Made by a program: the position numbers and the translations under genes | Notes under the pieces: model-generated | The model's input: only the letters and a program-made list of their open reading frames with translations | Databases searched by the model: none | What the model was told of the DNA's origin: nothing | Part shown: positions 23,243 through 35,893 of the stretch, in pieces | Layout of the letters: each line of letters begins with the position of its first letter | Position numbering within the stretch: the stretch's first letter is position 1 | Origin: Octopus bimaculoides | Lineage: Eukaryota | Assembly: GCF_001194135.2 (NCBI RefSeq) | Contig: NC_068986.1 | Location: 67,958,069-68,012,859, forward strand | Length of the DNA stretch: 54,791 bases | Direction of reading: 5' to 3'

Positions 23243-23712
23243 GCGTAGGAGTGGCTGTGTGGTAAGTAGCTTGCTTACCAACCACATGGTTCTGGGTTCA
23301 GTCCAACTGCGTGGCACCTTGGGCAAGTGTCTTCTACTATAGCCTCGGGCCGACCAAAGCCTTGTGAGTGGATTTGGGAGACGGAAACTGAAAGAAGCAC
23401 GTCGTATATATGTATATATATATATGTGTGTGTGCGTGTGTGTGTGTGTGTATGCTTGTGTGTTTGTGTTTGTCCCCCCAACATCGCTTGACAACCGATG
23501 CTCGTGTGTTTACGTCCCCGTAACTTAGCGGTTCGGCAAAAGAGATCGATAGAATAAGTACTAAACTTACAAAGAATAAGTNNNNNNNNNNGCAAAAGAG
23601 ATCGATAGAATAAGTACTAAACTTACAAAGAATAAGTCCTGGGGTCGATTTGCTCGACTAAAGGGGGTGCTCCAGCATGGCCGCAGTCAAATGACTGAAA
23701 CAAGTAAAAGAG
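23243..23712 (+). mobile_element. Family B SINE, near-consensus, with internal (TA)n(TG)n
   Basis: tRNA-like head (tggctgtgtggtaag ... gggttcagtcc), accttgggcaagt core, internal microsatellite and 3' gactgaaacaagtaaaaga. Confidence 0.92.
23536..23637. other. Assembly artefact: 46-bp false duplication across a 10-N gap
   Basis: 23536-23581 is identical to 23592-23637 (gcaaaagagatcgatagaataagtactaaacttacaaagaataagt). Confidence 0.9.
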
Positions 23713-24304
23713 AAGTTGAAAATTAGATGTGTAAACATCTAACGACTAGGAGAAAACCGTCTAGAGTCTTTTGTGCTCGTAATAATAATAAATATTTTTT
23801 TACATATGTTAAGAGACTGAGATCGAGTAACTCTCATGACGGGAGTCGAAACTGGCATGCAGTCTAGACCAGGCTAGACTTTTCTCCAACGCTACATCAA
23901 TCTCCAGGCCTAAAACACAAATAAAACAACCAGCACAACCACTACCACCCTCAGCAAAAATAAATGAAGGTACGCGGTGCATAGCAAAAATTTATTTAAT
24001 TAGCCTTTGGCAATATGGCTTTTAAATCATGTACTGGTCAGTAGGGGCAATTTCAGAAACTCCATTTCAACCCCTGTGATCATTACTTTAACCTTTTTTG
24101 AATTATTCCAAGTTTTATAAACTGGTTGTTCAACAAAAAGAATTGGCAACGTGACAAGTGGAAGAAAGAGCACGTTAATATTTTCAGCAACAGCTGATCA
24201 TTATCTCTCAACACATGTAAAGTGGCTGGCATGAAACACTGACCTCTTTCTGTTTAAATTTGACCTGGCCAATCCGTACAGTGACCGAAAAAGATGCTTG
24301 AAAT

Positions 24305-24482
24305 GCTGTTGTTATTGATGATGATGATGATCATCATCATCATCATCATCACCACCACGACGATGACGACGATCATGCTAATGACGATGACGACGGCTGC
24401 GGTGGCGGCGGCGATAACATTGGTTATGATAATGGCAACTACGACGACTACAACGATGATGATGATGATGATGCGTGTCATG
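24305..24482. repeat. Compound trinucleotide repeat (GAT/CAT/CAC/GAC/GCG)n
   Basis: Directly visible; explains the poly-Met, poly-Ile and poly-Thr ORFs. Confidence 0.9.
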
Positions 24483-25261
24483 AGAATTCTAATTAAAATA
24501 TACAATAGATATCTTGGATTATTTTCAAGTTGAAGAGCAAAGCGTTACTATTAATGTCATGCATAGACACAAAACCAATAAACCAATGTTTTCTCATAAA
24601 CAAGTAGGTACAGCCTACTGATTCTCTCTCAATATATTCCAGGCATTTTTCTTTAACCTCCGTAGAATGTCAACTTAGGCCGACGGCCATGAATCTAAAC
24701 ACGCTAAGGTATTAAGTTCGGGGAAACACCTGATACTGAACAATCTCTGCGAGCCCTTATAGATGACCGTTTATATTTTATATTTCGATCAAATAAATCA
24801 ATTAGGGTTTTCTTAGAGTATATTTGGTTATAAAATAAAGTGGTTCAAAAATGATCGTTACAGACAGTTCTTACACCGGTGATGCTAATAGTGTTAAGGT
24901 TCGGGTTAAGTTCATGTAGGGGTAAAAAGTGGTAAGCCATAGATGGATACAATAGTGGGTACGAAGAGTTCAGTGAATTGTTCATTCTGGGCTGAAGGGT
25001 GTGATAATTAGAAGTGTGCTCTGACAGAGCTTGGATGGAGTGGACGTGGCTTGCTATGTCCTGAATTAATACACTTTTGGTCTAAAGAATCAGTTTTACT
25101 TAATCAGAACAAACCTCTAAACAATACGTCCACTTCGACCAAAACTCTCCCAGCGCAAAGTCTCCTCTATTTATCATCCGTGCTCTGTCACATCTCCTAC
25201 CCACAAGATAAGCACTTCGCTGAATCCTACTCATTCTCTTTAGCAACTCTCTATAACCCAA

Positions 25262-25660
25262 TACGTGTGGAGGCACAATGGCCTAGTGGTTAGGGCAGTG
25301 GACTCGCGGTCATAGGATCGCGGTTTCGATTCCCAGACCGGGCGTTGTGAGTGTTTATTGAGCGAAAAAAAACACCTAAAGCTCCACGAGGCTCCGGCAG
25401 GGGATGGTGGCGAACCCTGCTGTACTCTTCCACCACAACTTTCTCTCACTCTTACTTCCTGTTTCTGTTGTGCCTGTATTTCAAAGGGCCAGCCTTGTCA
25501 CACTGTGTCACGCTGAATATCCCCGAGAACTACGTTAAGAGTGCACGTGTCTGTGGAGTGCTCAGCCACTTGCACGTTAATTTCACGAGCGGGCTGTTCA
25601 ATTGATCGGATCAGCTGGAACCCTCGACGTCGTAAGCGACGGAGTGCCAACAACAACAAA
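25262..25660 (+). mobile_element. Family C tRNA-derived SINE, full length, (CAA)n tail
   Basis: A box TGGCCTAGTGG, B box GTTTCGATTCC, about 320 nt of body after the tRNA-like head, ending gtgccaacaacaacaa. Confidence 0.85.
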
Positions 25661-26859
25661 TAGCCCAACACTCCATGCCCCTGCATTAACTTGCAGAAAT
25701 TCAAACTGAACCTTAACACCATTTACATTAGCAATATAGGGGAAAAACCTGCAATATCATGGGTTTCACTACTTTGCTTTTAACTAAATATAAGTTTTAA
25801 AACCTCAATAACTGATTTGACTTATTTCATCAAAGTATAATTTTAAAACTGTCATTTATAAGGTTTCACAGAGATTGTCCAGTATCTCAGAGGCTAAATA
25901 CTTTAGAGTATTGGGTTCTTGGTTATCGCCTTAAGCTCATTTCAGCTATGACCATCACGTTTTCTTTTGTTTTATCAGGCGGGAATTAGGGGAGATTTGA
26001 CTTCTGGTTGTAGCTGATCGAGCGATTACGTTGGGATTTCCGCGTTAGTTCGTTGCCAGAAAAATTGTTGTAGTCTCGATAGAAGGGACATAGAGAAAAA
26101 ACTGTTTTTTATTCTATGAGTTTTCCAATCAACTGAAGTGCCTTTTATACTTTCATTAGATACGGTCCTAAGAATGCATAGCACTTAAGCTTAGTTGAGA
26201 GTTGGATTTGGCAGTAATATATATATTTGATCATCCAAGATTATGATTCCCAAGATTTATGGAAGCTTTGATGGTTTTAGCTTTGATTTGTTCATGTTTA
26301 GGTTGGATCAAGTTCAAGATTCTTTCCTCGATATCAGCAACGGTAGTATTTTTAACGCAGTTGACAGATTAATTTGTCTTTTCCTAACGGTTATGTAGTC
26401 ACCAGTACTGAAACTAACTGAATCTGTCTCCAGTTCTAAGACATAGTTTTTATATTTCATTACAGATAAACATAGAAAAATGTCGAAATTGTGGAATCAT
26501 TTGAATAAAAAATACCACGCTTTAAAGTTTTCAGGTACCAATATTGCTGAATACATGATTAAAGTAATTTCACGTTAATAACTAAGTATCATGATTAGTA
26601 AATTAAGTGACTTATTTACCATCATATCAATTTTTTTGTTGTTGTTGCTGACCTGGATTGCTCTTCTTTTTGCGTGAAGGTTTCCAAGATGGGATCTATC
26701 ACCAGATCGTACCATGACCAGGTAACATCGTAAGCTGCTCTGAATTTTAATTTTTAAAAAAAACCTAATTTAATAAGTTAGACAATTTTCCTTCCTCTGC
26801 ATAAAACTCCGTAGACTTAGGTTCAACCTTGAACCGAGCCACCGCTTCTCACTGATATA

Positions 26860-26872
26860 CGTGCGTGCGTGC

Positions 26873-26958
<86 letters not shown>
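26860..26958. repeat. (GCGT)n(GT)n microsatellite
   Basis: Directly visible. Confidence 0.97.
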
Positions 26959-26960
<2 letters not shown>

Positions 26961-28419
26961 AATTTAGTTCTAAAATATAAAGCTCTTAATCTCTGTCTCT
27001 AACGCAGCTTTACTATTCAGACGTCATTCTTTATTCTGACTTCTTCCCTAAAGGAATGTATTCCTTTGCATAGAATCCATTCTTCTCACGTCTGTATCTC
27101 TCACTTGAGCACCTAGATTCTGAATTTCTTTCTTCTTCATTCAGCTAAACTCGTCTGCTCTTTATATTGGTCTCGATAATATTCTAACCAGCAAAATTAG
27201 TTTTGTTCACATCCTTTAGCATTACATCTTAATAAGGAAAAACGTGATGCTCTGTGAATTCATTGTGCTGCTGACATGAATGCACATAATTATTCTTGCT
27301 CCTTGCGTCTATCCACATATTACTGCCTCAAAATGTCTGCGCCAATTAGTCTCTTCACCTACTAGTAACCTAGTACACATACCTACTCTACAAGCACTTT
27401 CTAAACCAACCTAACCATACAACTTCAATCTCTGTATCTATCGAATAGTCTCATCCTGTTCCGGAACAAGTCAGTAAACTGGGCAAATTGTGTCTGTTAT
27501 ATGCTGATTGTTTTCCTCAATTTCTCACTTAAGAAGGTAATTGATATTATCTTCTTAAGTGTGTCATTCTACAGCCTTCTCATTGGTTCTCTCCCAGCTG
27601 TACAAGTAAAGAACACTGCCGACAAAACATAAAGGAATTTGTTCTATATCACCGGTTGAAAAGGGGTCTTTTTAACCATCGCAATATCTTTGCCTTCACG
27701 TATCATGTAGCTTAAAAGAATTTTTATTTCTCAATTTAACAAGAAACAGATTACCGTGAGGATCTCAACTAGCTTCGCAGAGATGGTTCTGAAGTATGAT
27801 TACTTCAGCTAAAGCTATGACATTTTCAATCCAAACTCCCAAAAACTTCCACTTTAAATCCAACTATCTGAATACCGTCTACACGCATTCACCAAAAGCG
27901 AACATTTCTTTGAAAAAGTCCAACCTAATAAGGCCACCATCTGTATACGTTCTCCTTTCATTAGAATGGTAAATTCTAACACCAGCTCTATCCTCACCAC
28001 GCTCATAAATCTTTCTATCTTATAGAAACATACCACACTAATGTTACTGCACTTGACATCAATCCCCCTCCAACCGGACTTGGAATGAGATCTCTCTAGT
28101 TAGATTATTCTTGTATAGCATCCAATATTATTCTCATCGGGCTACTGCGATGCAGTCCGAAACCTCAGCAATTACTTTGACTCGTATTCCAACACCACAA
28201 CCCACACCACCAACATTATAACTATCATTGATGTTATGTAATTGCTCAGTCTACAACAATTCACATTCCACTATTTTAAATTATATACTTCAATCTACAA
28301 AATAGACGAGATGCTCACTCTTTGGTCATAGATTTGCTCGGTCAGACAATAACGAAACACAAAATCCTAACAAATACTAACAGCAATACCACCAGCGATC
28401 CCAAAACAAAGCTTCTACG

Positions 28420-28675
28420 AATCATTCGACCTGCCAGAAAGAGCAGCCAAGTCTCCCTCAAAATATATATCCTGCCGTCTTAAAAATAGGGCATATTAGA
28501 TAAAAGTATTTCAAGGTAAGCTGTTCATTGAAAATCATGCCCTATCGTCTTAAAAAAGCACTCATAGGATTATGTAGTTTCCGGTGCACGATACGCAAAA
28601 AAATAACAGGATGGCTATGGTCCGAATGCCTATGGTTACAGGCCTGCTAAACCTGGGTTTAAGCAATAACAAGAA
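28420..28675 (+). mobile_element. Retroposon 3' region (family H)
   Basis: cgacctgccagaaagagcagccaagtctccc; reverse-complement relatives occur at about 25985-26025 and 42325-42350. Ends in an aac-rich tail. Confidence 0.55.
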
Positions 28676-29174
28676 CCAAAACATTATATCCTCAAATGTT
28701 CAGGTTGTCTTTCATTTTTAGTATTTTTGTTTCTAAGCGTGTATTCAGTGTACATTTTATTATGAAGCGTAATGTACTGTTTTCCAAATCGTCCTCAACT
28801 GAGCAGAGGTCTCCTCCACATGCAACATCCAGTATGCAATAATACAAGATACGAAACAATATAGTTCGCATATATGCGATCTATGCTGTTTTATCATATC
28901 AGCCTTTCGTATGAAATAAAAGCAAGATCATTTGACAATGTGGTCATAGATACGCAAAAAGAAAGGATAGCCATGACGAAAATATCTTTAATCATGTTCG
29001 CTGGATCTCAAATTAGACATGGCAAAGCATCAAGAACAAGAAACAAAATTGCTATCTCAATTTTAATGTACAAATATGACTGAAATACTAAGTGAATATA
29101 TACATACAGACAACAACACACTAGAAAGTAGACATCTAATATATAAGCACAAAGCATATTGTTGTTAGTTTTAT

Positions 29175-29555
29175 CACTGGCGCAAGTATAGCTGTGTGGT
29201 TAAGAAGCTTGCTTTGCAATCTCTTAGTTTTGGGTTCGATTCCACAGCGTGGCAACTAGTACAAATGTCTTTTACTATAGTCCCGGGTCAACCAATATCG
29301 TATGAGGGGAATTTAGTAGACAGAAACTGTTTGAAAGCCTCTCATGTGTGTGCGTGTAACTTTGTGTTTGACCCCCGCCCCAACCGCTTGACAACCGGTG
29401 TTGATTTGCTTACATCCCCATAACTTAGCTGTTCGGCAAAAGAGATCCGATAGAATAAGTGTCAATTTAAAAATAAATTGAGGTTGATACATTCGACTTC
29501 AAGGCGGTGTCTAAGCATGGTCGCAGTCCAATGACTGAAACAAGTAAAAGATAAA
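29175..29555 (+). mobile_element. Family B SINE; further head-only fragments at about 29765-29850 and 30310-30410
   Basis: gctgtgtggttaagaagcttgc head; cgcttgacaaccggtgttg and gttcggcaaaagaga..gatagaataagt body; ...gactgaaacaagtaaaagataaaag end. Confidence 0.85.
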
Positions 29556-30100
29556 AGCGACCAAAACCTTGAGTGTAAAACTTACTGGACAAAAACTACA
29601 TCATAGCTTTCTAGAGGGGCATTTCCTGATTTTTACGTTGAAGACTTAATCTTTTCTCCTGTTTAGCATATATCCCAACAACTCTTAACCACGTACCCAA
29701 ACACCATCATTGAGAGAAACTAGATTACGTACCGAATCCTAGTCAAAACCATAATACACATAGAAGCACAGCCATCGCTGTGTGGTTAAAAACATCACTT
29801 CACAACAGCGTTGTTTCAGGTTCAATCTTATTACGCGCGATTTGGTAACTTCTTTCTGCAATGGTCACGATGTGATCAAAATCTTGAGTGGAAAAAGTGT
29901 GCTGGACGTAAACTGCATAAAAACTTGCCAGATTTTTACGTGGAAGCCTTTATCTTTTCCTACGGCTTAGCATCACCATTTGGTCTATGATTACCTTTCA
30001 GCAAAATCCACACTATTGCAAAATTTTCGGAATATGTATCAGATCGGAAGATGACTTCTTTACACCAGTACTAGAGACCCTGAAATCTGTCGGGGGCGCT

Positions 30101-30177
<77 letters not shown>

Positions 30178-30659
30178 AAATAAATAAATAAATAAATAAA
30201 TAAACTATAGTATAATTTTAAATAAAAATACTAGAAAAGACACTATTTCACCAGAAACTCACTTTATTTCATGTACAACTCGTACTACAACAAGCAAAAA
30301 GCAATAACTTCAGGCGTGGCTATGTGGTAAGAACCTTGCTTCCCAATCAAATGGCTCCGGGTTCAGTCCCACTGCGTGGCACTTTGGGCAAGTGTTTTCT
30401 ATTTTAAACACAGTATATGTACGCTCCACATAGGCCCGGCCTGGGTAACTCAATACCTTATTGAACTGGCTATGTCATCGTATTAACTAAGATATTTACT
30501 TTTTAGCAAAGTAGGTGAAAGCGTGAGTAATGCTTGAAGCATTGGTTCGATTATCTGGTGGAAGGAAAATAGTAATAGTTTATGACTAATATATATTTTG
30601 TTATTCTGTCATTAAATAAATACCGTATTTTGAGGTCGGGTGCTTCCATGTTTAAAAAA

Positions 30660-30790
30660 TACAAAAACTCGAACTTCTTAGAAGAAACGGGTGTAGTAGT
30701 TATTGTGGAGCCTGGGAGGTTAGACACAACAAGGGTGATGAAAGGAGAGCCAAGTGGTTGGGAGTAACTGAGTGGAAGTGGTTTGAGTTA
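30660..30790 (-). mobile_element. Short fragment of the CR1/L2-group LINE 3' coding end
   Basis: ttagaagaaacgggtgtagtagttattgtgga...aaaggagagccaagtggttgggagtaactgagtggaagtggtttgag is homologous to 38368-38468. Confidence 0.7.
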
Positions 30791-31080
30791 TATTTTTTGA
30801 TTCATCATAAAACCGACTTTAGTATAGTTAGTGATCATCATCATCAAAATTGGCTCATTATCTTAAGTACTACAGATATGAACAGGCCTTTGTGTCAGAT
30901 TTGAGTTATCGAAAACAGTAAAATTATTTTTGCATTTAACTGAATATAAATGCAGAGGAATATCAACAGATTAATTTCTTTTCAAAATGAATATAAAATA
31001 AACAATGATTATCGAAAGACCCAGAATAATCGTTATATGGTGCTTCTCTTCAAGAAATTTTAATAATCCAATATGTCAGA

Positions 31081-31208
31081 ATGTCGTGGAGCCTTCTGTC
31101 GTGGAGCCTTATGTCGTGGAGCCTTCTGTCGTGGAGCCTTCTGTCGTGGAGCCTTCTGTCGTGGAGCCTTCTGTCGTGGAGCCTTCTGTCGTGGAGCCTT
31201 CTGTCGTG
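31081..31208. repeat. 15-bp minisatellite, (C/A)TGTCGTGGAGCCTT x about 8.5
   Basis: Eight full units plus a partial; units differ only at the first base (a or c). Confidence 0.97.
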
Positions 31209-32380
31209 TTGCAGCTAACAACTAATATATGTACATTGTGTGTGCGGGTGCACATGTGTGTATGTATTTATATATGTATATATGTATATACCTATAAAAT
31301 CTAGCCAGTATACTTGTCGAACAACACAAAACATATGCAAAAAAAAAAAGAACATCAAAAGAATTTCTAATTATAATATTTACAGTCTTCGGGGATACTT
31401 TATCTTTTCAATCCAATGTCTTGGAAAGATATTCTTGTACGTTTGTAGCAATTTTTAGAACTTTGACTTTGTGGAATGGAATATGGAGCAGAAAAACCGA
31501 TAACCTTTCAATAGTTGCTAGCTCTTCTATTGAATATATTAAAACCTATTACTCCATTCACTTCAAAAGATTATTTATTCATTGAAAAACTATTTTCGAT
31601 AGCCGAAACAGTCTTATCTACTGAAACCCTCCTTACTTTCTCCCAACGCAAAACCATATAGAAATTATTCGAAAGGGCAATAATACTAAACAAATATGTC
31701 TCAACCAACTTATAAAAAAAAAAAAAATTCAACAAACAACTTTATTTTCGGTTGCTGTCATTTCAAATTACATACGGTACTAATACTCTTGATAATGCCT
31801 TTACAAAACGTTTCAGCATTACACAATCACATCTCCCCTACATCTATGAATCGATAATTGTTCTATCAAAACAAAAGTCAATTTTTCCCACTCTATTTAA
31901 TAACAGTTTATGTTCGAGTTGGACCTCGCAAAAAGACTGACTAATTTTACAGCACACTCGACAGAATGGACTTGTTTCTTACAGATTTTAGTTGTCCTTT
32001 CTATTCTTGTGAACCCATTTCCTTATGATAGCTAGTAAGACACATGCTGAAATGTCTTATTAAAAATGTATTTTGTTCATATGTGTACGTGTGTGTATAT
32101 ATTATGATATGTAATCCCCTTATTAGTTACCTGTGAATGTTCCCTCCCCCTCTCTTTCTCTCTCTCTCCTTCTATCCGCCTTCTTTCTCCCTTTCTATAT
32201 ACATATTCATCCTTCTAACTTAATAGCTAACTTACCGCTGTGACCATATGGAAATAACTGAGGAAAGTTTTACGTAATGGATGCATTTCCTCTTATATAT
32301 TGCACAAACCTAAAACGTGCGTATTACAAGATTAGAAAATATCACTATTTGATTTTATCTCATTATTACAACTTTGTGTG

Positions 32381-32466
<86 letters not shown>

Positions 32467-32881
32467 TGTGTGTGCATGCATATATGTATGCATAGGCCAT
32501 TAAATTTCAATTAAATTATATTTTAGACATTGTCTGAAAAAATGCACATGGTTTATCTCGATAAAAGATATATTATCATAATACTATGAATTTGTTAAAA
32601 TTAATATTTATATTTGTATTCATGAAATGTATTTTTTGTGTTGTGTTGAAACTACTACAATCAAAAAGATAAAATATAAATATAAAACATGCCATAAATT
32701 ACAGTGTTTTTAGTAAATGTATTCATACTCCTCGACCAATCTATTTGACCTGGAGTTTGAATTTCAATGAATAGCTTCCTTCTTCAAAATAAACCATCTA
32801 CAGATATACATACTGTTAAACGGTCTGCAGAAGTACTTACTGAGAATCCAGAAGGATTTTTAATCTTTTTTTTTATCTGCA

Positions 32882-32926
<45 letters not shown>

Positions 32927-32999
32927 AAATATATAAAAATAAAAAGATAAAGAGAGCAATGTTAAGGTTGGAAGAATATTTTATGGATTTATGGATACA

Positions 33000-34556
33000 G
33001 TCTTACAGCTGTTTCTGGGAAGATCCAGTACTTCCCTTCATCGGAGACAGAAAAAGTAAAGGAATCGATTATTATATCCATGGGCGGATAGTTTTAGTAT
33101 GAAGTGATATAGAGTGTGATGCGCTGAAAAAAGAAAGAAAGAGAGAACAGTACTTGAAGTGTAGTTTCATTCCAGTAGTAAATATCCGTATAAAGTAATC
33201 CTTGTGGGAATAATCCGGAAATAGTTGCTGCAGCAAAGGCTGAGATAGCAGAGATAGCAGAGGTGAATATATGCCATATTGTATCCGATGGTATTTTGCT
33301 TGTGTTTACTTGAAGAATGCCCGAGTCAAGTGAGAAGTGTGCGTAGGGTAAGTAGGTCAAGTCATGAAGACAGAATGGGAAGAGGATAGAGGAAAGATTG
33401 AGGTGAGAATGGTAGTGGTATATTTTTATGGTCAGTTGATCTGACTGGATAGAGGGGATGAGCATAGAGAGGGAAGGAGGAATGGGGCGATGAGGTTAAA
33501 AGGTTTAGTGAGTAGGAAGGAATGCGCAGATGTAGTATATAGGTGGTGGGGGTATGGGTGATAAACCAAGGACAGAAATAAAGGGAGAGATGGGTGGAAA
33601 AGGTAGTTAGTAGTATCATATTCTAGAAGATAGCCGAACCTATTTACATACGGTGGAATGGGATTGAAAGAAACCACGTAGTCTGTATGCGGTGGTGGTG
33701 TTATTGTGAAGTAGAGTGTAGAGGAAGTAGATTTGGAGATATATATATGTGGTGATATGATCGAAAGGAAATAAGACTATTCAAAAGATGGTAAAAGATG
33801 GATGTTTTTGCCAGGTTGAATAGGTTGCCTGTGGGGAGCCGTGCGATTATGTTGCGTGATCGTTTGTGCAATTTTGCTTGTGATAAAGTTTAAATGTATG
33901 GAAAGAGCGGTGATTGCAGTTGTTAAACGCTTCATTATATCGATTAAGTAGAGTGGGAGAATTGCATTTTAAAATATGGAACGCCTCCATTAGGCAAAGC
34001 TTGCAGTTGGAGCGCTGGCCTTGGTATGGAGTTCCAGAATCTAAGATGGACCATTTTAAAGTCTATTGGGTATTTTTGCTTTTGAGGTGATGAATGTGAT
34101 TGGCTAATGTTGTAGATTTACTGTGTTTGTCGTATCTAAAAGAGTGCAAATGGGCTGCGTAGCGATGTTTGAAGTTTTTAGTTGCACCTATGTATGTAGC
34201 AGTAGAGTTATGTAATAGATTTCTCACGGTGGATTTATATATTACGTTGTATTTTACGCAATGTGTTTGAAGCGGACAGATAGTCCCGGAGCGACAGTTA
34301 CAAGTGTAGGAGGCTTGAGGGTTGCGTCTGCTGGTGGGTGAGTTATTATTATTGGAGGATATGTTATTGGGGGATGTGTAAGAATCCCCCAATCAATGGA
34401 ATTATTGTTATGGCTATTTGTCCTATCAATGTTATTATTGGTATTGTTATTATCTAGAATATTAATGGGTTGGGATCCACTGTGGTTTTGTTCTAGTGCA
34501 CGAGCGTTAGTGTTAGAAGAACGTATATTAATGTCCGTGTTGGGTGTATGTGTGGG
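33000..34556 (-). mobile_element. Penelope-like element 3' part: Asn-rich linker, Cys motif, GIY-YIG endonuclease (one stop, one frameshift), pyrimidine-rich tail and hammerhead-like motif
   Basis: 34392->33850 reads CNCRSGTICPLQTHCVKYNVIYKSTV...YIGATKNFKHRYAAHLHSFR...STTLANHIHHLKSKNTQ*TLKWSILDSGTPYQGQRSNCKLCLMEAFHIL...LLNRYNEAFNNCNHR. Hammerhead-like motif at 33000-33048. Confidence 0.88.
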
Positions 34557-35029
34557 NNNNNNNNNNNNNNNNNNNNNNNNNNNNNNNNNNNNNNNNNNNN
34601 NNNNNNNNNNNNNNNNNNNNNNNNNNNNNNNNNNNNNNNNNNNNNNNNNNNNNNNNNNNNNNNNNNNNNNNNNNNNNNNNNNNNNNNNNNNNNNNNNNNN
34701 NNNNNNNNNNNNNNNNNNNNNNNNNNNNNNNNNNNNNNNNNNNNNNNNNNNNNNNNNNNNNNNNNNNNNNNNNNNNNNNNNNNNNNNNNNNNNNNNNNNN
34801 NNNATATATATATATATATATATACGTTATGAGAGGTAATGGTGTCAAGAAGACCCAAAGGTGTCAGGTAATGCTGAGTAAGTGCTATGGACAGACTATA
34901 GTTAAGCTCCAGGTTCGGTGATTATGCGAATGAGGAGTCTAACGTAGGTCATATATCAGCATGCGTAGATGTAAAAAATTAACAGAATGAGATAAGGTTG
35001 TGAAAGATTTCAGAACATTTATAAAGAGA

Positions 35030-35171
35030 AGGTCTTACGACCTCACTCGACGACACCGGTCAGCAGACTGATGCCTGATGGACGCATCAAGTGGTTTCTA
35101 GCGGTGAAAGTCTAGACTACAACTGGCTTGCACCACAGATAACGTTTCTGGTTACTTTTGGGTACCCCTCG
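35030..35171 (-). mobile_element. Probable mariner-type terminus (single TIR)
   Basis: Minus strand TA|CGAGGGGTACCCAAAAGTAACCAGAAACGTT resembles mariner TIRs; no partner TIR found. Confidence 0.5.
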
Positions 35172-35861
35172 TATATATGTAGGTAGATAGGTAGGTAGGT
35201 AGGTAGGTAGGTAGGTAGGTAAGTAGATAGGTAGGTAGGTAGGTAGGTAGGCAGGCAGGTAAGTAAGTACATAGTGTTTCTCTGTATGCTTGTATGTATG
35301 TACGCATGTATCTATAAAAGTTTGCACAGAGAGACACACGTACACACACATACGCAACTACAATTCGTATATAAAAAAATAAGACATTGCTTTGTTGCAA
35401 TAAAATTTTGCTCCCGGGTTGATCAACATCACCAAATAATAACTGGACGATTGAGACTGCAAATAAAATGCTTTACTTAAAAAAGATATAGCGAAAACAA
35501 TGGAATCCACCTTTCCTCGCGATTAATTATACATAAAGTGTTTCGTATTATGATTGGGATACCTAATCGAATTAACATTAATTGATTCCGGTCAGAATAT
35601 CTGGCAGTGGTGAATGGCTGATTTTTTTTTTTAAATTCAGATAGAGGCCAATATTTTATTGCTCTCTGTACCCTTGGGCATATTTGGCTCAGAATATTCC
35701 AGTAACCACACTAGAGTGAATTTGGGAAATGCGCAACAAAAGAAGGAAAGAAATATATACATTGTGGTCATTAGTTAGTTACGTATTCAACTATTTGAAT
35801 TATATAGTCTTTCAACGACATAGCTTAATGTGTCTGCACGCACACGCATACACACACACAC

Positions 35862-35893
<32 letters not shown>

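Noticed and set aside
24676-24705. gccgacggccat resembling the 5S rRNA 5' end
   Set aside because: Only about 12 nt match and there are no internal A/C boxes.
25262-25340. tRNA-like cloverleaf with A and B boxes (also at 21993, 51385 and 3030)
   Set aside because: Each continues into a SINE body, and I see no clean acceptor stem or poly-T terminator, so these are SINE heads and not tRNA genes.
26230-28070. Traces of an RTE-like LINE on the minus strand (DYITVRKRQ, GGLIRL, MCIHVS)
   Set aside because: The motifs are too short and inconsistently ordered to support without a profile search.
31081-31208. Possible CRISPR array or VVEPS repeat protein
   Set aside because: The units are contiguous with no spacers, the context is eukaryotic, and the surrounding 99-aa ORF has no coding hallmarks.
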